Sequence record: MK327943.1
From: Escherichia phage vB_EcoM_G53
Reading direction: 5' to 3' (one strand)
Length of the DNA stretch: 64,000 nt
Of the stretch, positions 7,165-15,605 are shown in pieces (the first letter of the stretch is position 1; each line of letters begins with the position of its first letter). A model generated the notes under the pieces. It made no database searches. It was given only the letters and a program-made list of their open reading frames with translations, and had not been told where the DNA came from. Both the position numbers and the translations under genes were made by a program.

Positions 7165-7668
7165 TCATTTATTTTTAATTTTGCAAATTTTTCCAGCTTC
7201 AATGCACGCAGCATAGATGATGCTCTGGGCAATTTTATTGCTAGTGGACCTTGCAATCACACTAAGAACAATTTCTTTTTCTTCACCACCACATCCCCAG
7301 CTATTTTGCCCATGTGTACCTTTAACTACGGCTGAAACTTCAACAGAACGTCCACCATCAGAAGTCTTAACATCCACAACCCAATCACCGTCTTTCTCAT
7401 TAACCTGTGGTTTATCCCAAGAAATACTAATATATGATTCACCGTCAATAGAAGTCGCCGGGTTTTTCTCTACAGTAAGACCTTCGCTTTCTAACCATTC
7501 AATAGTATTTGAGCATAAATCTGTAGAACATCTCATCGGAAAGCGGCATGATTTTTCACCTTTAGATGCAGCATCATACATCTTTTCCAAAATACGCTTT
7601 TGTACATTTTTAAAAACAACGTCACGCGATTCTTCAGATTTTTTATTCAGTTCAGTATAAAGACTCAT
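7165..7668 (-). CDS. hypothetical protein (167 aa)
   Basis: ATG 7668 preceded by GAGGAAAA; single-gene cassette after PeSL promoter at 7690-7726. Confidence 0.55.
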   Translation of the reverse strand: MSLYTELNKKSEESRDVVFKNVQKRILEKMYDAASKGEKSCRFPMRCSTDLCSNTIEWLESEGLTVEKNPATSIDGESYISISWDKPQVNEKDGDWVVDVKTSDGGRSVEVSAVVKGTHGQNSWGCGGEEKEIVLSVIARSTSNKIAQSIIYAACIEAGKICKIKNK

Positions 7669-7689
7669 AATGTTTTCCTCATTTGTTTT

Positions 7690-7726
7690 GATAGGTCTAT
7701 AGTATCATACCTCAAGGAGAAGTAAA
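7690..7726 (-). promoter_or_regulatory. early promoter (PeSL-type)
   Basis: Minus strand TTTACT - 16 bp - TACTAT (7699-7704). Confidence 0.5.
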
Positions 7727-7761
7727 CAACTTTGTGAAAAATTTATCTGCCCTAGATGCCC

Positions 7762-7788
7762 GAAAGCCCCTTCCTATGGTTGGGGCTT
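7762..7788 (-). other. GC-rich hairpin downstream of the internal-protein-like gene (no U-run)
   Basis: AAGCCCC ... GGGGCTT 7-bp stem; related to the hairpins at 8482-8505 and 50921-50944. Confidence 0.3.
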
Positions 7789-7805
7789 AAGTGATTGTAA
7801 CTTAA

Positions 7806-8432
7806 TTATTTACGGGTTTTTGCATACTGAGCAGCGTCAGCAGCCAAACGACCTGCTTGTCGAAGTTTTTCTTTAATCTCATCATGAAGTGGTTGAGTAT
7901 ACTTCAAACCTTCGATAGTCAAATAAAGACGATAAAGGTCTGGGGTATCAAGGTTGTTGATATGTTGGCCATTACGAAGAATATTGAATTCACGAACGAG
8001 TGAAGACGTATCAGATTCAATATCACGAACAAGCGAAGATAGTTGTTTATATTTTTTTTCCAGGCTAGAAGTATCAAACTTAAGAGCAGGAGCTTTAGGA
8101 GTTGCTTTTACTTCCGGCTTAGGCTCAGGTTTTGCTACTGCTTTAGGGGTCGCAGGTTTAGGAGTGGTAGGAGCAGGTTTCACTTTAGGCGAACCAGATT
8201 TAGCAGAAACACCACCACTAACAATATCTTTGAATGCTTTAGAAGCTCTGTAATATTCTTTTTGGCTGGAAGTGTCGATACCGTACATGGCTTGAACGTT
8301 TTTGAAAAACTCTGTACTAGTTTTTGTACCAGAAATAGCATCGTAAGCAGCTTGCCATTTCTCTTTTGTCATACGTACACCGGCTTCGGTGATTACTTCC
8401 GTTTCGGCTAAAAATTCATTAAAAGTATACAT
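7806..8432 (-). CDS. internal-protein-like capsid cargo candidate (208 aa) with capsid-targeting N-terminus and Pro/Lys-rich linker
   Basis: N-terminus MYTFNEFLAETE resembles the T4 internal-protein targeting sequence MKTYQEFIAE (prohead protease cuts after the LxE motif); low-complexity KPAPTTPKPATPKAVAKPEPKPEVKATPKAP; late promoter TATAAATA 35 nt upstream. Confidence 0.6.
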   Translation of the reverse strand: MYTFNEFLAETEVITEAGVRMTKEKWQAAYDAISGTKTSTEFFKNVQAMYGIDTSSQKEYYRASKAFKDIVSGGVSAKSGSPKVKPAPTTPKPATPKAVAKPEPKPEVKATPKAPALKFDTSSLEKKYKQLSSLVRDIESDTSSLVREFNILRNGQHINNLDTPDLYRLYLTIEGLKYTQPLHDEIKEKLRQAGRLAADAAQYAKTRK

Positions 8433-8467
8433 TGATGGTCCTTAGAAAGTAGGTTTATTGTTTACTA

Positions 8468-8475
8468 TATTTATA
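8468..8475 (-). promoter_or_regulatory. late promoter (TATAAATA) for the internal-protein-like gene
   Basis: Exact TATAAATA on the minus strand about 35 nt upstream of ATG 8432, immediately after the terminator at 8477-8505. Confidence 0.55.
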
Positions 8476-8476
8476 C

Positions 8477-8505
8477 AAAAAAGCCCCGACCTTTCGGAAG
8501 GGGCT
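8477..8505 (-). terminator. rho-independent terminator ending the tRNA/stable-RNA early transcript
   Basis: AGCCCC...GGGGCT stem (imperfect extension, UUCC-type loop) followed by UUUUUU on the minus strand. Confidence 0.7.
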
Positions 8506-8519
8506 ATATACCTTGTCGG

Positions 8520-8800
8520 GGTCCCACCTGCTAAGGCAAGTGTTTGTACGAAACGCCGGGATTCGAACCCGGTTATTAAGCAGTTGACGCTACTCAATAT
8601 TTTTAAAAGGCCATATCTCGACCATATCCGAACGTTCCGTCAAAAACGCTACTCGGCTTACGACAAAGATATTTCCTCGAATCGATAATTCTGTGCGCCG
8701 TTTCTGCTGTGATGTAAGGGGATATTAACAAATCGTAAAGATTTATTAAGACCAGTCCTTACTCAGGGAACATCAGTCCGACGTCTTGCCGGTAGCGACC
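8520..8800 (-). ncRNA. putative stable small RNA(s) with a tRNA-like 3' domain (comparable to T4 species 1/2 RNAs); boundaries approximate
   Basis: About 300 nt non-coding between CDS end 8808 and the terminator; minus strand has a canonical T-arm CCGGGTTCGAATCCCGG plus acceptor-like 3' strand but no complete cloverleaf. Confidence 0.3.
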
Positions 8801-8807
8801 CGGCTTC

Positions 8808-9152
8808 TTATTTTGGCATATCGTCAATTTGCTCTCGACGCCGACGCCATAGATTAATCGCTTCATAGGCACATTCTGCGTTTGGTATATGACGGCAATA
8901 ATATAATGATTCGCGTTTCTGGAACCGATGTTGCAACGGGATTTCGTTTAAAAGGTCTTTACGGTCAAAGTATTCAAAACTAGTTAACCCAGAACGGTTT
9001 TTAAGAAACTTCCAATGTCCGAATTCATTTTGAAAATAAACATAATCAGCATGCTGATACAGCGAATTAATTAACCTATCGGAAATAACTGTTTCACGTT
9101 CGTTAAAATAAAACGTTAAGTCATGAACTACCAGATAAATATTGCCTTTCAT
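8808..9152 (-). CDS. hypothetical protein (114 aa) immediately downstream of the tRNA genes
   Basis: ORF track 8808..9200 would overlap the tRNA; ATG 9152 preceded by GAGGAAAAT is used instead. Confidence 0.5.
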   Translation of the reverse strand: MKGNIYLVVHDLTFYFNERETVISDRLINSLYQHADYVYFQNEFGHWKFLKNRSGLTSFEYFDRKDLLNEIPLQHRFQKRESLYYCRHIPNAECAYEAINLWRRRREQIDDMPK

Positions 9153-9170
9153 ATTTTCCTCACTTGAAGT

Positions 9171-9247
<77 letters not shown>

Positions 9248-9253
9248 AATATA

Positions 9254-9327
9254 TGACCCAGACCAGATTCGAACTGGTAACCTTTCCCTTATGAGGGGAC
9301 TGCTGCTAACCATTGAGCTACAGGGCC
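9254..9327 (-). tRNA. tRNA with CAU anticodon (Met, or Ile with modified C34 as in the T4 tRNA-Ile)
   Basis: Manual fold: acceptor GGCCCTG/CTGGGTC (one mismatch), anticodon loop CTCATAA, T-arm ACCAG-TTCGAAT-CTGGT; D-arm slightly atypical. Confidence 0.65.
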
Positions 9328-9406
9328 TAAATAACTTTCTATTATGAAAGGCACTTTAGAGCACCTTTGGTAATAGAGGGTATGAATTAATAATAACACA
9401 TAATTC

Positions 9407-9922
9407 TTAAAGCAAATCAATCATTTTAACAGTCGGCAAAACGATTTCTTCTTCAATATAAGCAAATTCAACACATTCAACTACGCGCAAGAAATCATAA
9501 TCATAATATTCAGAAGCATGGCCAAGAATATCAATGAGACCTTCTGATACTAAATATCCATTCTCATGGAACAGGTCAAATACACGCGATTCGTCTTCTT
9601 CAGATTTATTACCAAGGTCGACTTCAATATCAAAGACCTTTTTAATGAATTCTGGATAAAGCTGGTCTGAGAACAATCCTTCAACCAAGTATTCATAGAT
9701 TAAAAGCGAACAATCACTGAATAGTGTATTACCACAGTAACGTTCAGCTTTAGTGCTGGAATGACGGCTCTTAAATTTCTTCAAAAGATATTTAAACTGT
9801 TGGAGCTCATGCTCTTCCACACCAAATAATGTTTTGGTTTTATAGTTGTCGCCGTCATTTTCCCAAGTAGTGACATCAATTACGTAACCCTTAGGAATTG
9901 TACTGCCTAAACAAATATTCAT
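9407..9922 (-). CDS. hypothetical protein (171 aa)
   Basis: ATG 9922 preceded by GGTGAG; last ORF of the early operon before the tRNAs. Confidence 0.55.
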   Translation of the reverse strand: MNICLGSTIPKGYVIDVTTWENDGDNYKTKTLFGVEEHELQQFKYLLKKFKSRHSSTKAERYCGNTLFSDCSLLIYEYLVEGLFSDQLYPEFIKKVFDIEVDLGNKSEEDESRVFDLFHENGYLVSEGLIDILGHASEYYDYDFLRVVECVEFAYIEEEIVLPTVKMIDLL

Positions 9923-9926
9923 TTAC

Positions 9927-10217
9927 TCACCGTACCATATTAATGTAATTATATTCAATGCAACATAATTTCAAAGGATTCTTGAAAATATCATATTCAA
10001 GAGGACCTTTTTCTGTTTCAATAAAGAAATCAAAGTTAACTGTGTTAAATTTATCGTCTTCACAGAGTAATTTAACTTGCGAAGATGAACGGTCGATATA
10101 AACCTTTTCAACCTCAAAGTTAGTCAGAATACCGTAGTCGTCGACTAGTGCTTTAGCTGCACGTTGATCGCTTTCATATCCATTCTCAACGGATTTTACC
10201 TTAGCATAAAGAATCAT
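9927..10217 (-). CDS. hypothetical protein (96 aa)
   Basis: ATG 10217 preceded by GGTGGAA; ATGA overlap with upstream gene. Confidence 0.55.
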   Translation of the reverse strand: MILYAKVKSVENGYESDQRAAKALVDDYGILTNFEVEKVYIDRSSSQVKLLCEDDKFNTVNFDFFIETEKGPLEYDIFKNPLKLCCIEYNYINMVR

Positions 10218-10576
10218 GAATGTTCCACCATTTCAAAGGTATGAGCATCAACAATATGATACCAGTCAAAATTTTCTTCTGCGTTTTTATAAATTTCGCG
10301 AAGAGCCTCAACAGTTTTTCCTGTAGCAACAAGGTCGTCAATACCACCAAGAGGATAACAGTCATAACCAGCAAACAGAAGGAAATTAATAGTTTCTGTA
10401 GGTTCTGGATGCAGAACTCCGTTATCGTCTACCACTTCAAAGAAAGTGTAAGAAGGAGTACAAGTTTTAATCCAGGCCCATGCTTGAGCTGCTGAATCAA
10501 ACGGATTACGGAATAAACGACAATCTGGGTCTTTAGAAGGATTTGCTTCAAAATCCGCATATATGTGATATTTCAT
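10214..10576 (-). CDS. hypothetical protein (120 aa)
   Basis: ORF track 10214..10594; start placed at ATG 10576 (MKYHIY) preceded by AAGGTGAG. Confidence 0.55.
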   Translation of the reverse strand: MKYHIYADFEANPSKDPDCRLFRNPFDSAAQAWAWIKTCTPSYTFFEVVDDNGVLHPEPTETINFLLFAGYDCYPLGGIDDLVATGKTVEALREIYKNAEENFDWYHIVDAHTFEMVEHS

Positions 10577-10577
10577 T

Positions 10578-10763
10578 TTACTCACCTTTTGCAATTTTAT
10601 CCATAACGATAGCGATTAAGCCGATTAGAAATGCTACTACCAATGAGATAGAATTTTCTGTTGTTGACAGTAGTCCACAAATGAATCCTACAAACATCGA
10701 AAAACTAAAAGCCATTGAAGCAATTACTACAGCAACATTACGAATCAGTTCAGCGCGTTTCAT
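10578..10763 (-). CDS. small membrane protein (61 aa)
   Basis: ORF track 10578..10784; ATG 10763 preceded by GGAG; one long hydrophobic segment. Confidence 0.5.
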   Translation of the reverse strand: MKRAELIRNVAVVIASMAFSFSMFVGFICGLLSTTENSISLVVAFLIGLIAIVMDKIAKGE

Positions 10764-10791
10764 TTTATTTCTCCATTTACTCATTTGATTT

Positions 10792-10829
10792 GATAGGACT
10801 ACTATAACATAGTCCTATCATCATGTAAA
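10792..10829 (-). promoter_or_regulatory. early promoter (PeSL-type)
   Basis: Minus strand TTTACA (10824-10829) - 17 bp - TATAGT (10801-10806); perfect 8-bp inverted repeat ATAGGACT / AGTCCTAT brackets the -10. Confidence 0.65.
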
Positions 10830-10832
10830 CTA

Positions 10833-11096
10833 TTAAATTCCAGCTTCGCGTTTAACATAATCGACATAAGCTTGGATAGCTTTCTTGCTGGTAATTTTTA
10901 CCTGGCCACGACCATTGCCTTCTTTAGAGTTTTTCTTAACAACTACATTACCATCTTTAACACCCCATACATGGACATAAGTACCGATGTTTCGGTCGTA
11001 GAACATTGCATGGTCGTTGTTGTAAGAGAATGATTCGTAGTTCTCCGACAGAGTAGAAGATTGAGATTCAGCGATAAATTCTTTATACGTTTTCAT
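10833..11096 (-). CDS. internal-protein-like capsid cargo candidate (87 aa)
   Basis: N-terminus MKTYKEFIAES matches the T4 internal-protein capsid-targeting sequence; own PeSL promoter. Confidence 0.6.
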   Translation of the reverse strand: MKTYKEFIAESQSSTLSENYESFSYNNDHAMFYDRNIGTYVHVWGVKDGNVVVKKNSKEGNGRGQVKITSKKAIQAYVDYVKREAGI

Positions 11097-11122
11097 TTGT
11101 TTTTCCGTTTGGTTGTTGATTT

Positions 11123-11160
11123 GATAGGACTACTATAACATAGTCCTATCTGCATGTAAA
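11123..11160 (-). promoter_or_regulatory. early promoter (PeSL-type)
   Basis: Minus strand TTTACA (11155-11160) - 17 bp - TATAGT (11132-11137); same 26-bp palindrome as at 10792. Confidence 0.65.
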
Positions 11161-11164
11161 CTAC

Positions 11165-11452
11165 TTACAGAAGAGTTTTTGCAATAATTTTAAGCTGAGC
11201 TACAGAAATATGCTTAGCTTTAAACAGTGCGGTCTCTTCAGCCGGAGAGATAACAATAGTAGCGCCATCTTTCTTAGCAGACCATCCATCCCCTAAGTAA
11301 ACAGTACCTTTTACTTCTTCGCCATCAACCAGACTAATCATCGGTTTACCCTCACGTCCTTTATTTGCTTTAATAACTTCGGAAGTAAGGGTTGCTTCGG
11401 TCAGAGTAGAAACGTTAGCAACAGGTGATATAAATTCTTTATAGGTTTTCAT
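11165..11452 (-). CDS. internal-protein-like capsid cargo candidate (95 aa), at the position T4 ipI occupies next to 57B
   Basis: N-terminus MKTYKEFIS...LTEA resembles the capsid-targeting sequence; SD AAGGAAAT; orthology to ipI not established. Confidence 0.6.
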   Translation of the reverse strand: MKTYKEFISPVANVSTLTEATLTSEVIKANKGREGKPMISLVDGEEVKGTVYLGDGWSAKKDGATIVISPAEETALFKAKHISVAQLKIIAKTLL

Positions 11453-11480
11453 TTTATTTCCTTGAGGTTGTTTATTTGAT

Positions 11481-11515
11481 AGGATGATAGTAACACACCA
11501 TCATCCTTATGTAAA
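11481..11515 (-). promoter_or_regulatory. early promoter (PeSL-type)
   Basis: Minus strand TTTACA (11510-11515) - 17 bp - TACTAT (11487-11492); inverted repeat AGGATGAT / ATCATCCT brackets the -10. Confidence 0.65.
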
Positions 11516-11529
11516 CTGTTTTGTGAAAA

Positions 11530-12215
<686 letters not shown>

Positions 12216-12219
12216 TTTA

Positions 12220-12954
12220 TTACCTTAAGATTGTTTCAATTTTAGAATAAAGCTCTTCTAAAGAGCCGTCGTTTGTAATAACTAAATCGCCTTCTTCAAT
12301 AGGCAACCCAGCTTCTGTAATATGTTTATCGGTGGATTCCGTACCAGAGCGAACCACATGAATAACTGTAGCACCCATCGCTCTAGCGGTTTCCATTTCA
12401 TGGACTTGGCGTGTATCGGTTACAACATAGTAATCGAAATCACTTCCAATATAATCCATATAGTTTAATGCAAAAAGCTTAACCCAATACATACGGTCAA
12501 ATAAATTAACGACAACATCCGTACCGAGGGCTTGCATAAGACGGCGGATTGACCATGTGTCGTTGATATTATTTATAGCTTCACGCAGGGCTTCATATGG
12601 TTTAATATCTAGATACGAATATCCACCTTCTAACGATGATAATACTTTAACATTATTAATCGGTAAATATTGACTTTGCAAATAAATTAGCGCTTCTTCC
12701 AATAATTCAATAACATCCAACTTATTGAGATTTAATGGTGTTTCACGGTCGTATCCAATGCCTTCAAAGTATTCGTATTTCAACTCTGTGAATACATCAG
12801 GATTTTCAGCATGCCTACGTCCCCAGGCTATTGCTAGAGCGTCTTTAATTGGATATGCTAATTGGTATTTTACGGATTTAAAGTTTGAATTGATGTAATC
12901 AGCAGTGGTGTCTTTACCACTACGTTTGATGCCACTTAAAAAGATTAGCTCCAT
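12220..12954 (-). CDS. 1: deoxynucleoside monophosphate kinase (gp1)
   Basis: 244 aa; N-terminal P-loop FLSGIKRSGKDT; close to my recollection of T4 gp1. Confidence 0.9.
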   Translation of the reverse strand: MELIFLSGIKRSGKDTTADYINSNFKSVKYQLAYPIKDALAIAWGRRHAENPDVFTELKYEYFEGIGYDRETPLNLNKLDVIELLEEALIYLQSQYLPINNVKVLSSLEGGYSYLDIKPYEALREAINNINDTWSIRRLMQALGTDVVVNLFDRMYWVKLFALNYMDYIGSDFDYYVVTDTRQVHEMETARAMGATVIHVVRSGTESTDKHITEAGLPIEEGDLVITNDGSLEELYSKIETILR

Positions 12955-13007
12955 AGGTTTTCCTCATATAATTTATGAGTGATTATAACATACGGAGCTA
13001 GAAGCGA

Positions 13008-13592
13008 TTAACGTAAGGAAGGGTGTCTAGAAATGGATTTAGATTCGACTGCTTGACGTGGTTGTTGAGATACAATGACTTCACCATCCTTTTCTATCGT
13101 CATATACGCATAGTGAATAGTTGCTACGCACGTAACGGCAGGGTCAGAGTCTTCGGTGTAACTAAATTCAATTTCACTCAAATCAGAAATCCATGGTTTA
13201 TAGAAATTCGCCGTCAAAACTACTTCAGTCTTATTGTTGTTTAAAATGTGCAAAGTAACAAACTCAGGACCATCGGAGTGGGCAGTATTATGTCCGGTTA
13301 TATAGTTATTAGTGCTGAGCATCCATTTATACATGTTCATCCAGGACGTCATGTCTTCATCAACTATAAATCGTACAACAAAAGGGTCATATTCAAATGT
13401 GGTGCCTGCACGCATTGCACGTCCTAACCCCATCGTGCCTGTCACAGTTTCAACAACAGGAATTCTCACACCTGGCAATGGAGCCGTTTGGGCATTGAGC
13501 ACAAAACCTGAAGTTCGTGTACTATCCGGGATATCCACAACAAAGTTTGTTATATTTGTTTGGTTAAAAATCTGTCTCGCTGGACGAGTCAT
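13008..13592 (-). CDS. 3: tail completion and sheath stabilizer protein gp3
   Basis: Position between genes 1 and 2 as in T4; ORF track begins at GTG 13598, ATG 13592 preceded by GAGGTG used. Confidence 0.75.
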   Translation of the reverse strand: MTRPARQIFNQTNITNFVVDIPDSTRTSGFVLNAQTAPLPGVRIPVVETVTGTMGLGRAMRAGTTFEYDPFVVRFIVDEDMTSWMNMYKWMLSTNNYITGHNTAHSDGPEFVTLHILNNNKTEVVLTANFYKPWISDLSEIEFSYTEDSDPAVTCVATIHYAYMTIEKDGEVIVSQQPRQAVESKSISRHPSLR

Positions 13593-13694
13593 AAGCACCT
13601 CAAAAACGCTTTAATAAAAATGCAGTATAATGGTTTTAGGTCTCTTCCATTAATCCGGTTCAACAGAATATCAGAAGAACGGAAGAGAATAGAA

Positions 13695-14516
13695 TTAAGA
13701 TTTCCAAACAGTATTCGCAGAGAAACGTTTTCCTTTTGACATAAACTGCTGAGTAGGTAACATGATTATGTTAGCCCAGTCTTTAGGAGCTATTTCTGTT
13801 ATTGTTCCTCTAATGTGGCCTGGCAGGTATGCTTTAATCATTTTGTCAGCACCTTGAAATCCTTTCACCTTGCTCCAGTCTATCTTCAACTTTGTGTTAT
13901 TAGTAATAGTAGTTGTGCTAGCATATTGCTTCAGCAATTCTTCAAGAAACTGTTGACGTGCTTTAGGTGGGATATAGTGCAAGTTTAACCCATACATCAA
14001 ATTATGTTTACCTAATCCTAAATAAATAATCAAAGGATATCTGTCCCAATACGGCAGAGTATCTTTATGTTTAGCATCATACACGTAAGTATAAATTTTG
14101 CCTGGCGTAGGCTTGACTACTTTATGACCTTTTACACTTTTCTTAATTGTTTCAACAAACCACTTAGATGATTTGTTGTTTACTGCTGCGCCTTCATTTC
14201 TAATCTTTTCTCGTATTGAACTGCGAAACGAGTTTATCATCAGAAGTTGACGTTCTTGCTTATTGAGTTTATTTTTAGGTTTAGATTCAAGCGTTTCAAT
14301 TTTCTGTGCAGTTTTAATAGATGATGCATATCTAGACATTGCAGATGTAAACGACGAGTATTTTATTCCTTTTGATTCTGCAAATGCTTTTGCAGTGATT
14401 CCTTTCTCTTTAGCTTTCTTGTATTCTAATCCTATCTCAATCCATTTTCTTTCATTCATAGACTGAGCAATCTTAGGGGCTTGTACGCCTTCAGATATAA
14501 TTTGGAATATGCTCAT
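13695..14516 (-). CDS. 2: DNA end protector protein gp2
   Basis: 273 aa, same size and position as T4 gp2. Confidence 0.8.
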   Translation of the reverse strand: MSIFQIISEGVQAPKIAQSMNERKWIEIGLEYKKAKEKGITAKAFAESKGIKYSSFTSAMSRYASSIKTAQKIETLESKPKNKLNKQERQLLMINSFRSSIREKIRNEGAAVNNKSSKWFVETIKKSVKGHKVVKPTPGKIYTYVYDAKHKDTLPYWDRYPLIIYLGLGKHNLMYGLNLHYIPPKARQQFLEELLKQYASTTTITNNTKLKIDWSKVKGFQGADKMIKAYLPGHIRGTITEIAPKDWANIIMLPTQQFMSKGKRFSANTVWKS

Positions 14517-14518
14517 AA

Positions 14519-14968
14519 TTACCCCTTGTATCCGAGTTTTCTAAGACCATCTTCGGTTAGAACTCGAAATTTTATATTTCTCTTTTCAGCAACAGCTGAG
14601 GCAGCTTTCCATTTGTCACAGTTCACAGACCACGTGTAGATTTCATTCATATAACGTTTCTTAGCCGCAGTTGTAAGATTCACCGGTTTAATAGGTGGCT
14701 GAGTTTCTTTCTTTGGTTTTATTTCTACAAAGAACTCTTGACCTGATGCATCTTTCATCCATATGTCCATATAGTATCGACGTTTCTTACCTTCAGCATT
14801 ACAAAAATATGGAATTACTGCTGTTTCACTACCCCATGCAATAATTTCTGGATTTTTATCCAACCATTCGAAAAAGAATTTTTCCCAGTTTGAACGATAC
14901 GTTATTTTGGTATGGTCTCCACGGTATTTTTTTAAATTTTTTGGGACCCATTTACCAGAGTAGGCCAT
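14519..14968 (-). CDS. 4: head completion protein gp4
   Basis: ORF track 14519..15112; ATG 14968 has a strong AAGGAGG SD and gives 150 aa as in T4 gp4. Confidence 0.8.
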   Translation of the reverse strand: MAYSGKWVPKNLKKYRGDHTKITYRSNWEKFFFEWLDKNPEIIAWGSETAVIPYFCNAEGKKRRYYMDIWMKDASGQEFFVEIKPKKETQPPIKPVNLTTAAKKRYMNEIYTWSVNCDKWKAASAVAEKRNIKFRVLTEDGLRKLGYKG

Positions 14969-14979
14969 GTTGTCCTCCT

Positions 14980-14987
14980 TATAAATA
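14980..14987 (+). promoter_or_regulatory. late promoter (TATAAATA) for the gene 53-5 transcription unit
   Basis: Exact TATAAATA on plus strand about 43 nt upstream of the gene 53 start. Confidence 0.55.
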
Positions 14988-14994
14988 GTATTAT

Positions 14995-15002
14995 TATTTA
15001 TA
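14995..15002 (-). promoter_or_regulatory. late promoter (TATAAATA) for gene 4, divergent from the gene 53 promoter
   Basis: Exact TATAAATA on minus strand 27 nt upstream of gene 4 ATG 14968. Confidence 0.55.
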
Positions 15003-15029
15003 CCAATTTCATATTGGAAGGAGACTATC

Positions 15030-15605
15030 TTGTTATTTACATTCTTCGACCCAATAGGATATAGTGCTAAAACAGTTGATAAGAATGCACCTACTATTCC
15101 TATGACAGACATATTTCGTAACTATAAAGAGTACTTTAAGCGTGTTGCTGCCAATTATAGATTACGTTCTTATTACATTAAAGGCTCTCCGCGTCCTGAA
15201 GAATTAGCAAACATAATTTATGGAAACCCTCAATTATACTGGGTTCTTTTGATGTGCAACGATAACTACGACCCGTATTATGGTTGGATTACATCTCAGG
15301 AAGCAGCGTATCAAGCTTCTATTCAGAAATATGCTAATGCTGGCGGCGACCAAATTCTTTATCATATTAACGAGAACCGTGAGAAATTTTACAATTTGGT
15401 TTCATATCCTGACGAGCCTTTAGTTTGGTACGATAAAGGTGATGAAGCTCGTAAGTATCCGCAATATAAAGGACCTTTAGCTGCAGTAGATATTTATGAA
15501 GCGGCTGTATTAGATAACGAAAAACTTCGTAAAATAAAAATTGTTGCAAAAGAAGATATAAACTCGTTTATTACAGATTTGATTCGTGAGATGGAGATTG
15601 CATAA
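15030..15605 (+). CDS. 53: baseplate wedge protein gp53
   Basis: 191 aa; TTG start 6 nt after GGAAGGAG; stop overlaps gene 5 ATG; T4 synteny. Confidence 0.8.
   Translation: MLFTFFDPIGYSAKTVDKNAPTIPMTDIFRNYKEYFKRVAANYRLRSYYIKGSPRPEELANIIYGNPQLYWVLLMCNDNYDPYYGWITSQEAAYQASIQKYANAGGDQILYHINENREKFYNLVSYPDEPLVWYDKGDEARKYPQYKGPLAAVDIYEAAVLDNEKLRKIKIVAKEDINSFITDLIREMEIA

Noticed and set aside
8521-8600. Possible third canonical tRNA suggested by the T-arm CCGGGTTCGAATCCCGG
   Set aside because: Could not fold a complete cloverleaf (no convincing anticodon or D arm); treated as part of a tRNA-like stable RNA instead
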